The notes under the pieces are model-generated. The model searched no databases, was not told where the DNA came from, and worked only from the letters and a program-made list of their open reading frames with translations. Positions 17,422-26,430 of a stretch of 64,000 bases of DNA are shown here, piece after piece. This DNA is from a virus (Duplodnaviria; Caudoviricetes): IMG/VR virus record IMGVR_UViG_3300047469_000103, positions 96,001 to 160,000 of that record. One strand, 5' to 3'. The translations under genes and the position numbers were made by a program. How positions within the stretch are numbered: the stretch's first letter is position 1; the number at the start of each line of letters is the position of its first letter.

Positions 17422-17682
17422 CTAATTGGATTCTGCAATGCGCAGAGTATTCAGAACGGTGTCACCGAAGCCTTTATAGCTACGGTCGGTTTCGCACAGC
17501 ACATCGTAGGCTTTCGAATGCACGGCAACCGTTACCGGTTCAATGCAGTGATGGCCGACATGTACGAAAACTTTAATTGTCCTACGGTCAAACCGTTCGC
17601 GAGACAACCGAACGGAATAGCCAAGAAAGATAAAGAGTGCAGAAAGAAGCAGGGAACGAATAATCATTGCGCCACCATCCAT
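17422..17682 (-). CDS. Small protein with N-terminal membrane anchor
   Basis: LLLSALFIFLGYS. Confidence 0.7.
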   Translation of the reverse strand: MDGGAMIIRSLLLSALFIFLGYSVRLSRERFDRRTIKVFVHVGHHCIEPVTVAVHSKAYDVLCETDRSYKGFGDTVLNTLRIAESN

Positions 17683-17930
17683 AGAAAGATAAGAGCGAAG
17701 AGAACCACGTTTCCGCGTTCTATTTTCGAAGTGAGGGAATCTGTATTCCTACCAACGAACGCGAAACCGATTAGACAAGCGATCAAACCAACGCCGCCAA
17801 TCAACAGGCTGTGCGATTTGAACGCCAAGTAAAACCATAACAGCAACGACAGGACAACAACGATTAGCGAATGAGGCCGTTTAATCGTTGCGGTGCTGGC
17901 CGGTAATGCGGTGCGTTTCATTGTACCCAT
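17664..17930 (-). CDS. Three-TM small membrane protein; first gene after promoter P18.0
   Basis: Hydrophobic segments; conserved leader box upstream. Confidence 0.8.
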   Translation of the reverse strand: MGTMKRTALPASTATIKRPHSLIVVVLSLLLWFYLAFKSHSLLIGGVGLIACLIGFAFVGRNTDSLTSKIERGNVVLFALIFLWMVAQ

Positions 17931-17934
17931 GACG

Positions 17935-17961
17935 AAACTTCCTTTGATCCGTGAGCGTTAG
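17935..17961 (-). promoter_or_regulatory. Conserved leader/RBS box (CTAACG-CTCACG-gatc-AAAGGAAGTTT)
   Basis: Same box at 37150, 58256, 63265. Confidence 0.8.
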
Positions 17962-17990
17962 AATTGCAGGCAGCCGGGGGCCGAAGACGC

Positions 17991-18019
17991 ATCATCGCAT
18001 CCCCGGCCCGTGGTGTCAA
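17991..18019 (-). promoter_or_regulatory. sigma70-like promoter P18.0
   Basis: TTGACA-17 nt-GATGAT. Confidence 0.7.
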
Positions 18020-18038
18020 CCCTAGCGCCCCTTCAAGA

Positions 18039-18497
18039 TCAAGGGGTTACGACAGCATCCAGCAACGGAGCTTTAAGGGCTTTCCGTGCGGCAACCAACG
18101 CATGGGCCAGCACATCGCGTTGAACTGGCGTAAGCAATTCCGCCAGATTCGAATCAATGGGAAACCATTCACGCTTGCGCAATTGGAACTCTTCCCAATC
18201 CACATACGAAAGGAACGAACCGAGGAAATAAATTTCCCGCTGAATGCGTGGCGCGTTGCCTTCGTATTCCGGGTAATGTGCATCCGCATCGAAAATCTTT
18301 TCGCCCACGGTTACAGCGATACCCGCTTCCTCTTTCATTTCCTTGACGGCATTTTCTTCTGGCGTCAAACCTTCTTCCAGACCGCCTTTAGGGAAAACCC
18401 ATTTGCCCGGCAATTTCAGAGAAGTGACCAAAAATACTTTGGACACGTCTTCGTTGAACATTACGATGCCGGAAGTGGTGCGAGTGGCTTGGCTCAT
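18039..18497 (-). CDS. Nudix hydrolase
   Basis: WVFPKGGLEEGLTPEENAVKEMKEEAGI fits the Nudix box GX5EX7(R/K)EUXEEXGU. Confidence 0.9.
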   Translation of the reverse strand: MSQATRTTSGIVMFNEDVSKVFLVTSLKLPGKWVFPKGGLEEGLTPEENAVKEMKEEAGIAVTVGEKIFDADAHYPEYEGNAPRIQREIYFLGSFLSYVDWEEFQLRKREWFPIDSNLAELLTPVQRDVLAHALVAARKALKAPLLDAVVTP

Positions 18498-19294
18498 TTT
18501 TTAGTCTCTGTATTGATTACTTGGAATTCGCAGGAGAATGCGTAAAGTGGTGCGCCCATACTTCCGTCCACGATTAGCATGTCAACGTATTTGCCGTTAA
18601 CGTCGCGGGGCGGAAATGTACGCAAGACAATAAACTCATTGCCTTTGTCGTCTTCGAGGAACGTGCCCTCTTCCAACGTATTTTCATAAGAGCGCAATTG
18701 CTCGAAATTCTTTCGCAGCATCATGCGTGTTGCGCTTTTCGTTTGTTCCGGGTCGATGATGAAATGCGTGCCGTGCCACTGCCGTTTGCATCCGGGGATT
18801 TTGTAGAAAATCAACCCTTCGGCATTCTGTTGCAGGTCGTGAGCTTTCACTACAGAACGAACGCCGTTACGCATTAGCACCGACAGCCATTTAACCGCTT
18901 CCAGTTTGGAGTAGTGGTTAATCCGGCGCACGTCGCGAATATCCAGTTCACCGTAATTCGCCACGTAGATTTCGTTCGGCGCAATGCTGGTAATCAGTTC
19001 ACCGTAATCGTGAGGCAGAATGGAAAAACCGACGACGTTGAATTCAGTTTCGTTTTGATTCGGAACCGGTTTGTTGTAACCGGGGCGCACGCCAGTAATG
19101 ACCATGTGAATATCGTCGATCTTGGCGTGACCGTCGCCCTTGCGCATGCAGATAATTTGCTGCTGCTTCAACAACAGAGATTTAATCTGCTCCATTGTCG
19201 GTTGCATGATCGTTGTTACGATGCTCGGTTTGTTCGTAAAAGGATTCGTGCCGTTGCTGCTACTGGCACTAATGATGCGCATAGTCTCGCTCAT
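18494..19294 (-). CDS. Hypothetical protein (266 aa)
   Basis: ATGA coupling. Confidence 0.8.
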   Translation of the reverse strand: MSETMRIISASSSNGTNPFTNKPSIVTTIMQPTMEQIKSLLLKQQQIICMRKGDGHAKIDDIHMVITGVRPGYNKPVPNQNETEFNVVGFSILPHDYGELITSIAPNEIYVANYGELDIRDVRRINHYSKLEAVKWLSVLMRNGVRSVVKAHDLQQNAEGLIFYKIPGCKRQWHGTHFIIDPEQTKSATRMMLRKNFEQLRSYENTLEEGTFLEDDKGNEFIVLRTFPPRDVNGKYVDMLIVDGSMGAPLYAFSCEFQVINTETKK

Positions 19295-19617
19295 TTTGTG
19301 TCATCCTTTTTCGATGTGCTGTTGTTGATAAACGTGTCCGCTGCTTTCGCGAATGCAGTATCCAGAATGAGGCTGTTAATCAGCGCCGACGTTGCTGGAT
19401 TGCTCATAAGCATTTTTTCGTTTTCTTCGTCGGTGAATTCGTCCCAACCTTTGCCGGTGCGAATTTCCATCGCTTCGATCATGTGGCCGTTAACCTTTAC
19501 ATGGTCGGCCAACGCGGTGCGGTAATCCTGTTCGGTTTCGTCGTGAAAAGCTTTACGGAATTTGTGAATGACGGAAGCGTCTTCTAACGACTTCATATCA
19601 GGAAATGATTGTGGCAT
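19291..19617 (-). CDS. Hypothetical protein (108 aa)
   Basis: GGAGCAACAAAATG leader (same as at 9233). Confidence 0.8.
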   Translation of the reverse strand: MPQSFPDMKSLEDASVIHKFRKAFHDETEQDYRTALADHVKVNGHMIEAMEIRTGKGWDEFTDEENEKMLMSNPATSALINSLILDTAFAKAADTFINNSTSKKDDTK

Positions 19618-19636
19618 TTTGTTGCTCCATAAATAT

Positions 19637-19655
19637 TCCGCTTAGAATGTGCGGA
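19637..19655 (-). promoter_or_regulatory. Intergenic hairpin TCCGC-ACATTCTAA-GCGGA
   Basis: Inverted repeat in spacer; shares CATTCTAA with the 52.5/56.3 kb elements. Confidence 0.45.
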
Positions 19656-19674
19656 GGGGGTTTGTTGCGGGTTG

Positions 19675-20451
19675 TTATGCGTGCCAAACGTCAGCGTCGA
19701 AATTCTGCGCCAACAGATGGCGAACATGCTCAGCCATCCAGACGTTTAAATCGTTATTGTGGAATTCAAAAACTACGTTCAAGCCACGTTCGTATTTGTA
19801 ATTCGCTGGTGTCTGGAAATCGTCAGGTACAGAGAACGTCAGTTTGTGTTCGTAGTCCATCAGCCACTGCGACGGCGCCAGTGCGAACAGGCGAATGTGT
19901 TTACCGGCGTTAAAGATTTTCTCGAAAGCACTGATCGCAATTTCGTTGAAAATTTGCTGACGAACTTTCGCCTCTTCAATTGGGGCGAGATATTCGGCAA
20001 TTGCCAGTCTGTTGTTCTTGTGCCAGCGTTTCATGCTGACGATCATGGAAGCAACTGCGGTCAATTCATACGGACGCTTTTGATACGGCCCGATACCTGC
20101 GGGTAAAAGTGCCACGTCTCTTTGCGGCCCCCAAATTCCCAAATAGGAAATTCCAGCATCGTGCAGAACGTCCCGTTGGTTATCGGTGGCACGGTTCCAC
20201 GTAAAACGATCCATCAGGTGACGGACTGCGTAAATGGTTTGCATGTGGCCGATATTTCGCGTCGTTTGAATTTCGTTGAACGAATCAATAATGCTACGCG
20301 CTTCCCGGTCGGCTTCTCCGCACTTGCTGTCGAAGTTGTAAACCCCATCGACGAAAACTTTCATGCGGTCGGTTGTGTCTGCGAGAGCTTCGTCACGGTC
20401 AAAATAAATCACCGGTTTCGGAAACTCAAGAATCAGATTGGCGTCTCTCAT
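19675..20451 (-). CDS. Hypothetical protein (258 aa)
   Basis: Tiles. Confidence 0.8.
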   Translation of the reverse strand: MRDANLILEFPKPVIYFDRDEALADTTDRMKVFVDGVYNFDSKCGEADREARSIIDSFNEIQTTRNIGHMQTIYAVRHLMDRFTWNRATDNQRDVLHDAGISYLGIWGPQRDVALLPAGIGPYQKRPYELTAVASMIVSMKRWHKNNRLAIAEYLAPIEEAKVRQQIFNEIAISAFEKIFNAGKHIRLFALAPSQWLMDYEHKLTFSVPDDFQTPANYKYERGLNVVFEFHNNDLNVWMAEHVRHLLAQNFDADVWHA

Positions 20452-20828
20452 ATCAGGTTATGCTCTTCTAGCACGCGTATGATTTCTGCGTGTGCTGCCG
20501 TTTGAATTCGCTTGGCACGGCGACTCTTTTTCTCGATGCGCGCCAACTCAAGTTTTTTCTTCATCATGCGATCATGCAAAAGCATTCCGGCAACCCATCC
20601 AGCCCCGGCACCGAACGCACCTAAAAGCATGATGTATGGGTTTTCGCTTTTCGCTGCCTGAATGCTCATGGTCAACGTAACGAGCATTTCCAAAGCACTC
20701 ATAACAGTGCCACCGGTAAACGCCATGCGCTTGTGATTTCCTGCAACGGATTTATTCTGAAACCCGCGAAGAAGCGTCGTCGTGAACAGGACTGCTGCGG
20801 TGCCCAGCACCAATATTAGTTCGTGCAT
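20448..20828 (-). CDS. Three-TM membrane protein (GFQxKxV family), paralogue of 52952..53251
   Basis: LLRGFQNKSV...VMSALEML...GAGAGWVAGMLLHD. Confidence 0.8.
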   Translation of the reverse strand: MHELILVLGTAAVLFTTTLLRGFQNKSVAGNHKRMAFTGGTVMSALEMLVTLTMSIQAAKSENPYIMLLGAFGAGAGWVAGMLLHDRMMKKKLELARIEKKSRRAKRIQTAAHAEIIRVLEEHNLI

Positions 20829-20958
20829 TTAATTCCCCCACTAGGCGATCAAGATTTGCCTTGCTGTCGATTTTTGTTTCGGGTGTAAAGTGAGCGATAA
20901 TCGACAGCGTGGCAATCATGAATAATGCACAGACCATGCTACGATTCCAGCTACGCAT
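20752..20958 (-). CDS. Small membrane/secreted protein (68 aa), tail overlaps next gene
   Basis: Hydrophobic MVCALFMIATLSIIAHF; fills the gap 20829-20950. Confidence 0.55.
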   Translation of the reverse strand: MRSWNRSMVCALFMIATLSIIAHFTPETKIDSKANLDRLVGELNARTNIGAGHRSSPVHDDASSRVSE

Positions 20959-21535
20959 CTTTAAAGCTTACGCTTATGTAATTGAACTGCGTCGGCCCGG
21001 TGAAAGTCATGTCGAGAATAACCGCAATAATTTCACGGTACGCTTGCTTCAGCCACATGTCGTAATCGGTGTACGAACTTTCCAATTCGTTCATCAAATA
21101 ACTACACGCGTTCGACATGAATTCCAGCATCGTGCGAGCTACGTTGTTCGGGTCTTCTTTGGTCGTGACGGTGAACGTGACGTGTTGCATTCCGTCGTAG
21201 AGATAATTCTGTTTTACAGTATTGAACGCGTAGGAGAAAAGACGACCGATTCTTTTCATGTTCGTCGCATGCGCGCTGCGTTCGTCAATGTCCAGCACAC
21301 CCAAATGCTGTTCCTGTGTGGCGCGATGCGTCATCTGCATAATCGCCCCGAATAATTCGAAGCGGAAAAAGTTTGCGACTGCGCCGTCAGGATCGGGCGT
21401 TGGCATATCACGGAAAGCACGCTGCGGGTCTTTGTACTGATTGGCAAGTTCACGCACGAAACAGTTGAAATCAATCGTGACCTTTTTCACACGCGAACAT
21501 GCCGGGCCTTTGAGAATTTCATTTAGCGAAGTCAT
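20951..21535 (-). CDS. Hypothetical protein (194 aa)
   Basis: Tiles. Confidence 0.8.
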   Translation of the reverse strand: MTSLNEILKGPACSRVKKVTIDFNCFVRELANQYKDPQRAFRDMPTPDPDGAVANFFRFELFGAIMQMTHRATQEQHLGVLDIDERSAHATNMKRIGRLFSYAFNTVKQNYLYDGMQHVTFTVTTKEDPNNVARTMLEFMSNACSYLMNELESSYTDYDMWLKQAYREIIAVILDMTFTGPTQFNYISVSFKDA

Positions 21536-21807
21536 TGCGCGACCATCCCTTTGTGCTTAACCAGCATGGTATCGGGAATGCACTGGAACTGACGATAGCC
21601 GTCAATGATCCAGCACGTCGCGTTCATTTCGTCGTCGTGGAAACGTTCGATTCGACTGTTCGAAGTTTTACCGATTTGCACGGCGATAACTTTTTCACTG
21701 GTGGGCGTAGTGTTTCGCATGGCATTGGTAGCAGCGGATTCGCCTGTGTTGAAGTCGCCGCAACCGGCCAGCAATGCAAAAGCAATCAAAACAATTTTAG
21801 TTTTCAT
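21532..21807 (-). CDS. Lipoprotein (91 aa)
   Basis: MKTKIVLIAFALLAGC lipobox; C-terminal RFHD.E...TCW...C. Confidence 0.85.
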   Translation of the reverse strand: MKTKIVLIAFALLAGCGDFNTGESAATNAMRNTTPTSEKVIAVQIGKTSNSRIERFHDDEMNATCWIIDGYRQFQCIPDTMLVKHKGMVAQ

Positions 21808-22252
21808 CTTTGACTTCCTGTGCTTTTTCAAGAATACCTTTTTCGATAGCGTCCATGTAGGCGTCAACACTATCTGCGAACGAATGCGCTTCGGCCTGTG
21901 ACGTAAACGTGGTGGCAAAGGCCAATCCCCATTCACGCGTGGAGTCGATGCTAATTGATTTCGGGATCAGACGGACATAGTGAAAACCCATGTCGAAAAA
22001 TACCCAAGTCCATTTGCTGTTCGGTCGGCTGCTTTCGTATTTCGGCGTACCCGGAACACGCGAATTGTCACCTTCCAATCCAAGCTGCTTTTTCTGACGA
22101 TCACCCATTTCAGTAAGGGCAATTCGGTACTCAGTTATTTCGGTCGCGCAAACGATTCTGTTGCAACACTCGCTGATAAAATGCGGGACTGTATAATTCT
22201 GCAATTTCTGGTTGCAGTACGGGCAGTGGAACTCGGCTGGCTGTGCGAACAT
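21797..22252 (-). CDS. Zn-ribbon protein (CPYC...CC)
   Basis: Cys motifs at N-terminus. Confidence 0.75.
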   Translation of the reverse strand: MFAQPAEFHCPYCNQKLQNYTVPHFISECCNRIVCATEITEYRIALTEMGDRQKKQLGLEGDNSRVPGTPKYESSRPNSKWTWVFFDMGFHYVRLIPKSISIDSTREWGLAFATTFTSQAEAHSFADSVDAYMDAIEKGILEKAQEVKDEN

Positions 22253-22382
22253 TATTTTCTCTCACTGTCAGATTATTGCCTGCGCCGCAATTCCAGCAGC
22301 GCAGTTCAACATTAGAGGTGGTGTAAAGCATGAGCATTTCCGGGGAACAACTCAGGCGTCTATTACATTGCTTGCAGTTCAA
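22131..22382 (-). CDS. Zn-ribbon protein (CKQC...CWNC), long tail overlapping next gene
   Basis: Two CxxC; ATGA coupling to upstream gene. Confidence 0.65.
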   Translation of the reverse strand: MNCKQCNRRLSCSPEMLMLYTTSNVELRCWNCGAGNNLTVRENNVRTASRVPLPVLQPEIAELYSPAFYQRVLQQNRLRDRNN

Positions 22383-22738
22383 TCTTTCACACGGAACCTT
22401 AGCTCGAAAATCCAGAATTTCCGTACAGTGTATTTAGGTGGCGGCGGCAAAGCTTTTTCGGGAGGGATTTCAATTCCAGATTCCACGACAGCCTTATTGA
22501 AACGGGCCAGCGCATCTGTGCCAAATCCAGCAATGGCATTTTCGAGAAGTTCGATTTTTTCTTTGTGTTGTAGAAGTGCAGTCGTACATTCTGCGAAGCT
22601 GTTCAACCGCGTGCGTCCGCGACAACCACGAGGCAACTGGCCCTGCAATTCGCACAGGCGCAAATACAACGTGTGTTCCCTTGAGGCCGCTGCTTCTACG
22701 AACTTGCGTGCATCCGCCAAACTGGCCGCTTCTTTCAT
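22379..22738 (-). CDS. Hypothetical protein (119 aa)
   Basis: Tiles. Confidence 0.75.
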   Translation of the reverse strand: MKEAASLADARKFVEAAASREHTLYLRLCELQGQLPRGCRGRTRLNSFAECTTALLQHKEKIELLENAIAGFGTDALARFNKAVVESGIEIPPEKALPPPPKYTVRKFWIFELRFRVKD

Positions 22739-23235
22739 TGTGCAATCCCATTCTTTTCGAGTGCATCAACGACCAGCGTATGCAGGCCCGGTTCACTTTG
22801 CAGGAAATCTAAACCTTTGTGAGTGAAGAACATCCGCTCGTGGTCGGTCGGCTGCACACTGGCGTTCGTGTGCAAAACAAACACGATGTAAACTTTTCCG
22901 TTTTCACGCATCAATTTACCGCAGGGGATGAAATCCACAAACGGCAGTTCTTCGCGAATTGGAATTTCCAACAACAATCGGAATTTGTGTGCGTCATCAA
23001 CTTTGATGTGGTGTTGCTTCAACAGGTGCGAGTAGCTGAACCAATGTTGCCCGGCTGGTTTGCGACGGAACGAAAAGCTTTTGAAAACAGCATCCGCATT
23101 TGTCACGCCTTCCAGTAGCAAGAAAGGCTCGGTTGCGTCACGGTCGTGAATGTTTTGACGGTAATCCAAACCCGCAATGTGCAGACCGCTTTCGAGCCTT
23201 GTTACTTGGACAATGATTGCGCCAGAAATTTCCAT
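22735..23235 (-). CDS. Hypothetical protein (166 aa)
   Basis: Tiles. Confidence 0.8.
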   Translation of the reverse strand: MEISGAIIVQVTRLESGLHIAGLDYRQNIHDRDATEPFLLLEGVTNADAVFKSFSFRRKPAGQHWFSYSHLLKQHHIKVDDAHKFRLLLEIPIREELPFVDFIPCGKLMRENGKVYIVFVLHTNASVQPTDHERMFFTHKGLDFLQSEPGLHTLVVDALEKNGIAQ

Positions 23236-23249
23236 TTTTATTTACTCGA

Positions 23250-23570
23250 TTACTTGATGATGTATTTGGCCGCGATGGAGTGGGCCGTTTTGAGGGTGTC
23301 GGTGAAATCAAAACTCGGTTGCTGCTTGCGCTCTGAGTCACGCGCCATTTCAATTTCTTGCAGCATGTGCTGTATCTCTTTGTCCAGTTCCTTGACGTTC
23401 TTCATTCCCTCTTCAACAGACCAGAAATTGTAATACCAATCTCCCGTTGCGCCGAGGCGATCCGCATATCCGCCAATCTCTGCGCGGAGATTACAAAGCC
23501 CTTCCAGATGGAAACGCATGGATGTGCAAATATCATTTAATTCCGTGAGTGCTTCTTCCTTGGTTTTCAA
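23250..23570 (-). CDS. Hypothetical helical protein (106 aa; TTG start)
   Basis: TTGA overlap with upstream stop. Confidence 0.7.
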   Translation of the reverse strand: MKTKEEALTELNDICTSMRFHLEGLCNLRAEIGGYADRLGATGDWYYNFWSVEEGMKNVKELDKEIQHMLQEIEMARDSERKQQPSFDFTDTLKTAHSIAAKYIIK

Positions 23571-23875
23571 TCCGTTTCTTCCTCTTCTTCTTCTTCGTCT
23601 GACGGCAGGTCAAACTCTTCTGCAAACTCTTCCAGAATAGACATGGCCCGACGTTCCTTCGCATCATACAAACGTGCGTCCGTATCGCGAATTGCTGCGA
23701 CGGTTTTCTGTGCATGCGAAAGGCATGTGACCAGCGACGGTTCGTCTTCCAGCGACGTAGGGTAGAAGCGTTTGATTTTCTTCCTTGAGTCCAGCGCCTG
23801 CAATTCGTCTTCACGCTCTTTCAGCTTGAGCGCTAGATGGGTGCAGATAAATACAGCGCGAGAAATAACACTCAT
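23567..23875 (-). CDS. Hypothetical protein (102 aa), acidic tail
   Basis: Start set at 23875 (AGGA upstream). Confidence 0.7.
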   Translation of the reverse strand: MSVISRAVFICTHLALKLKEREDELQALDSRKKIKRFYPTSLEDEPSLVTCLSHAQKTVAAIRDTDARLYDAKERRAMSILEEFAEEFDLPSDEEEEEEETD

Positions 23876-23879
23876 GTTT

Positions 23880-24350
23880 TCATTGTCCTGCATCGTAAGC
23901 GTAAATCTTGAAATGATCGGTGCCATCGAAATAACGCGCTTCACCTTTATCGGTTTTACGCAGACCGACTTTGCATACGATCACTTCACCAGTCGCAAAG
24001 AAAATCCAATGCGGTGTGCCTTTGTTGTCCACGTAGTAACCGGCTGCGTGAACCATTTCATCAAAACGACGACGCCACTGTTCGATGCTTTCGTTTTTGG
24101 TGCGTGCGTATTTCTTGTCGTTTTCTGCTTTTACCCAACGATCATCAGGTTCGATTTTCAACGCCGGGTGATTGCTCATGGAATCGTTTTTCACAACGTC
24201 CCAAATGGCGGTTTCATGATCCGAATGATTGTAGCTATAAACCAGCGAAATATCTTCTGCGCGCCACTTATCAACGAACGTCACAAGCTCGTGCATGGAC
24301 AGGCCACCGGCCCGGTCGTGACCAACGCAAAGCTGATCTAAAGATTTCAT
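23880..24350 (-). CDS. Hypothetical protein (156 aa)
   Basis: ATGA coupling. Confidence 0.8.
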   Translation of the reverse strand: MKSLDQLCVGHDRAGGLSMHELVTFVDKWRAEDISLVYSYNHSDHETAIWDVVKNDSMSNHPALKIEPDDRWVKAENDKKYARTKNESIEQWRRRFDEMVHAAGYYVDNKGTPHWIFFATGEVIVCKVGLRKTDKGEARYFDGTDHFKIYAYDAGQ

Positions 24351-24508
24351 TTTTTAATGCTCCCAAGGATTTTCGAAATACTGTTCGGCCAACCTTTCGT
24401 TCCCCGCGCACACATAACGCCCTGTTTACATTTCGGGCATTTGTTGCCTGCATCGGTTTTATAATCGTGGTGTCCGCAGTAGTCGCATTTACAGTTGGTA
24501 AGTCCCAT
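24347..24508 (-). CDS. Zn-ribbon microprotein (53 aa), not in ORF track
   Basis: MGLTNCKCDYCGHHDYKTDAGNKCPKCKQGVMCARG...; GGGGA RBS; ATGA overlap. Confidence 0.8.
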   Translation of the reverse strand: MGLTNCKCDYCGHHDYKTDAGNKCPKCKQGVMCARGTKGWPNSISKILGSIKK

Positions 24509-24514
24509 TTACAG

Positions 24515-25027
24515 TTAATCCCCTATGCGTGTGAAAACCGTTTGCTCCGACGAACCGGTCTGCCCGAAACCTGCACGCCCTTCAGTAAACACGCACGTCA
24601 TCAGCGACGGAATCTGATCGTAAATACCCGGCAGATATTTGTCGAAATGTACGCAGTGCAAAATGCGCAACTTTTCGTAAGCCTGTTTGCTCGGGCCAGT
24701 CAGACGCAGTTTGAAATTGCGCACGGCTGAATCCACTTCGCAAATATCAATCCAACCTTGCGTGAACATCTTCTCGACTTTATCGACGAGGTTCGTCAGT
24801 TGCTGCACCGACCAAACATCATCGGTATTCAACGGCTCGGGAAAGATAATCTGATCCGTAATGCGATGGCGTTTCATCGTTTTGATTTCACGCACACCCG
24901 GACGCCCCGGAACGCTCTGCGCTTTCATTGCACCGAACAACTGCGACAGTGCGTCCATTTGCTCAGCGGTGAAAGTTGATTGTTGTTCCGGTTTCTTTTT
25001 CCACAATGTAAGGCCGAGAACTTTCAT
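24515..25027 (-). CDS. Hypothetical phage protein (170 aa)
   Basis: IDICEVD...AYEKLRILHCVHFDKY. Confidence 0.8.
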   Translation of the reverse strand: MKVLGLTLWKKKPEQQSTFTAEQMDALSQLFGAMKAQSVPGRPGVREIKTMKRHRITDQIIFPEPLNTDDVWSVQQLTNLVDKVEKMFTQGWIDICEVDSAVRNFKLRLTGPSKQAYEKLRILHCVHFDKYLPGIYDQIPSLMTCVFTEGRAGFGQTGSSEQTVFTRIGD

Positions 25028-25341
25028 ATTTTCTTCCCGTCGTGGATAAACACATTGGCGATGAATTTCGACAGTTGTTTATGTGCCCACTCGTTTGCCA
25101 TAGCGCGAACATCCACGCTGTAATCGTTTGGCGATTCGAAGCAGGTTTCAGCCAGTGCCGTTTCCGAGTGTTCGAACAGTTTGATTTTTACCACTACCGA
25201 ATTTGTCGCGCCGTCGAAGCGTCCGTCAACGAAAAGAAATCCGTTCGACAATCGGTAATCGTCATCGAGGCCGCGTTCCCAGTAAGGCGTGAAATTCTCT
25301 TTCAGTTCTCGGGCGGCTCGTTGTTCGCGGCGTTCCGTCAT
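25024..25341 (-). CDS. Hypothetical protein (105 aa)
   Basis: Tiles. Confidence 0.8.
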   Translation of the reverse strand: MTERREQRAARELKENFTPYWERGLDDDYRLSNGFLFVDGRFDGATNSVVVKIKLFEHSETALAETCFESPNDYSVDVRAMANEWAHKQLSKFIANVFIHDGKKI

Positions 25342-25344
25342 TTC

Positions 25345-25560
25345 TCAATCTCCAGTGTGAACTTCAAACAGGTCTTTCAGTTTGGAAAAATCACATTTAC
25401 ACACGCCCTCAATTGCTTCCTTGATTTCCACTGCGCCGTGACCTTTGGCTTCGAGGATTTCAGTGATTGCAATTTTCAAACGTGTGCGTTCATTCAAGGC
25501 GCGCCATGCGCCCTGATCCAACATGTGTTTCATGCCTTTGTTAAACGACTCGATGCTCAT
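25345..25560 (-). CDS. Hypothetical protein (71 aa)
   Basis: Start set at 25560 (GGA RBS). Confidence 0.7.
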   Translation of the reverse strand: MSIESFNKGMKHMLDQGAWRALNERTRLKIAITEILEAKGHGAVEIKEAIEGVCKCDFSKLKDLFEVHTGD

Positions 25561-25810
25561 TTGTTTTTCCGCCTGACCAGAAAACACCGCATCCGCATGT
25601 CGCACAGCCCATGTACCAGATGCGATATTTTGGATCGCTATTCCACGTTTCGACAAACTTGCCTGTGTGGCCTTTTACGCACGTGTACGTTTGCGCCGAC
25701 TGCCGTGGCTCTTTCTTAACTGTTTGCATATCGAATAGCCCGTAACCAGTATCGGCAGGAAGTTCATGAACAACATGAACAGAATAAATAACTTCATCAT
25801 TCGGGGTCAA
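25541..25810 (-). CDS. Cys/His-containing small protein (89 aa)
   Basis: CxxGH and CxxC motifs. Confidence 0.7.
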   Translation of the reverse strand: MTPNDEVIYSVHVVHELPADTGYGLFDMQTVKKEPRQSAQTYTCVKGHTGKFVETWNSDPKYRIWYMGCATCGCGVFWSGGKTNEHRVV

Positions 25811-26150
25811 ATTCCTCCACAGCGCTTTCGCTGACTACCAACAAAATGTCGAGGCCGAGATTGGCTGCGAACATCACCATGCGCGCCAGTGGCACACTAC
25901 CCTTTCCGCTAATGACGTTGTACAGATCAATTTTGGAAATGTCGTATTTGTTTTGAATGGCGATGTTGTCGAGTTTGCCTTTCCCGGTCAGCGAAGCAAG
26001 CTTGGCATTAATCGCGTCACGCAACTGCGCCTGCATTTCTTGTACGGCAACTTTACCCTTTACGAAATCAACCACTTTTAACCCCTTCACGCTGCAAGAT
26101 AGATAAGAAGCTCTGACGAACCGTTTGGATCGTCTCCGAGTTATTATCAT
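25797..26150 (-). CDS. XRE-type HTH protein
   Basis: IAIQNKYDISKIDLYNVISGKGSVPLARMVMFAANLGLDI. Confidence 0.7.
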   Translation of the reverse strand: MIITRRRSKRFVRASYLSCSVKGLKVVDFVKGKVAVQEMQAQLRDAINAKLASLTGKGKLDNIAIQNKYDISKIDLYNVISGKGSVPLARMVMFAANLGLDILLVVSESAVEEFDPE

Positions 26151-26430
26151 TTACAGTTTTCAGGAATGTATGTAGCTCTTCCATCAACGTTGCAGACGCA
26201 ATCGAAATGTCACGCAAGCGAATGCCTTGGGTCAGAATAACTTCAGCCGGGATCGTCTGATACTGCGTGTTGCGAACCATGCCTTCCGGTGCGTTGTCGT
26301 AAGGCACAACCATTACGCACGGGTCTTGATAAATCTTCGAATATTGCTGGTGCAATTCCGAAACCCGATTCAGCAGATAACGCAGATGATCGGCGCGTTC
26401 TTGCACGTTCATTTCTTCTAGCTTTTTCAT
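26068..26430 (-). CDS. Hypothetical protein (120 aa), 83-nt overlap with next gene
   Basis: ATGA coupling upstream. Confidence 0.7.
   Translation of the reverse strand: MKKLEEMNVQERADHLRYLLNRVSELHQQYSKIYQDPCVMVVPYDNAPEGMVRNTQYQTIPAEVILTQGIRLRDISIASATLMEELHTFLKTVNDNNSETIQTVRQSFLSILQREGVKSG

Noticed and set aside
17973-18007. GCCGGGG/CCCCGGC inverted repeat bracketing the -10 of P18.0 as an operator or cruciform
   Set aside because: Only 7 bp, GC-rich, and not reproduced at the other three promoters.
18028-18046. CCCCTT/AAGGGG hairpin as a terminator before P18.0
   Set aside because: Overlaps the Nudix stop codon and lacks a U-tract; too weak to call.
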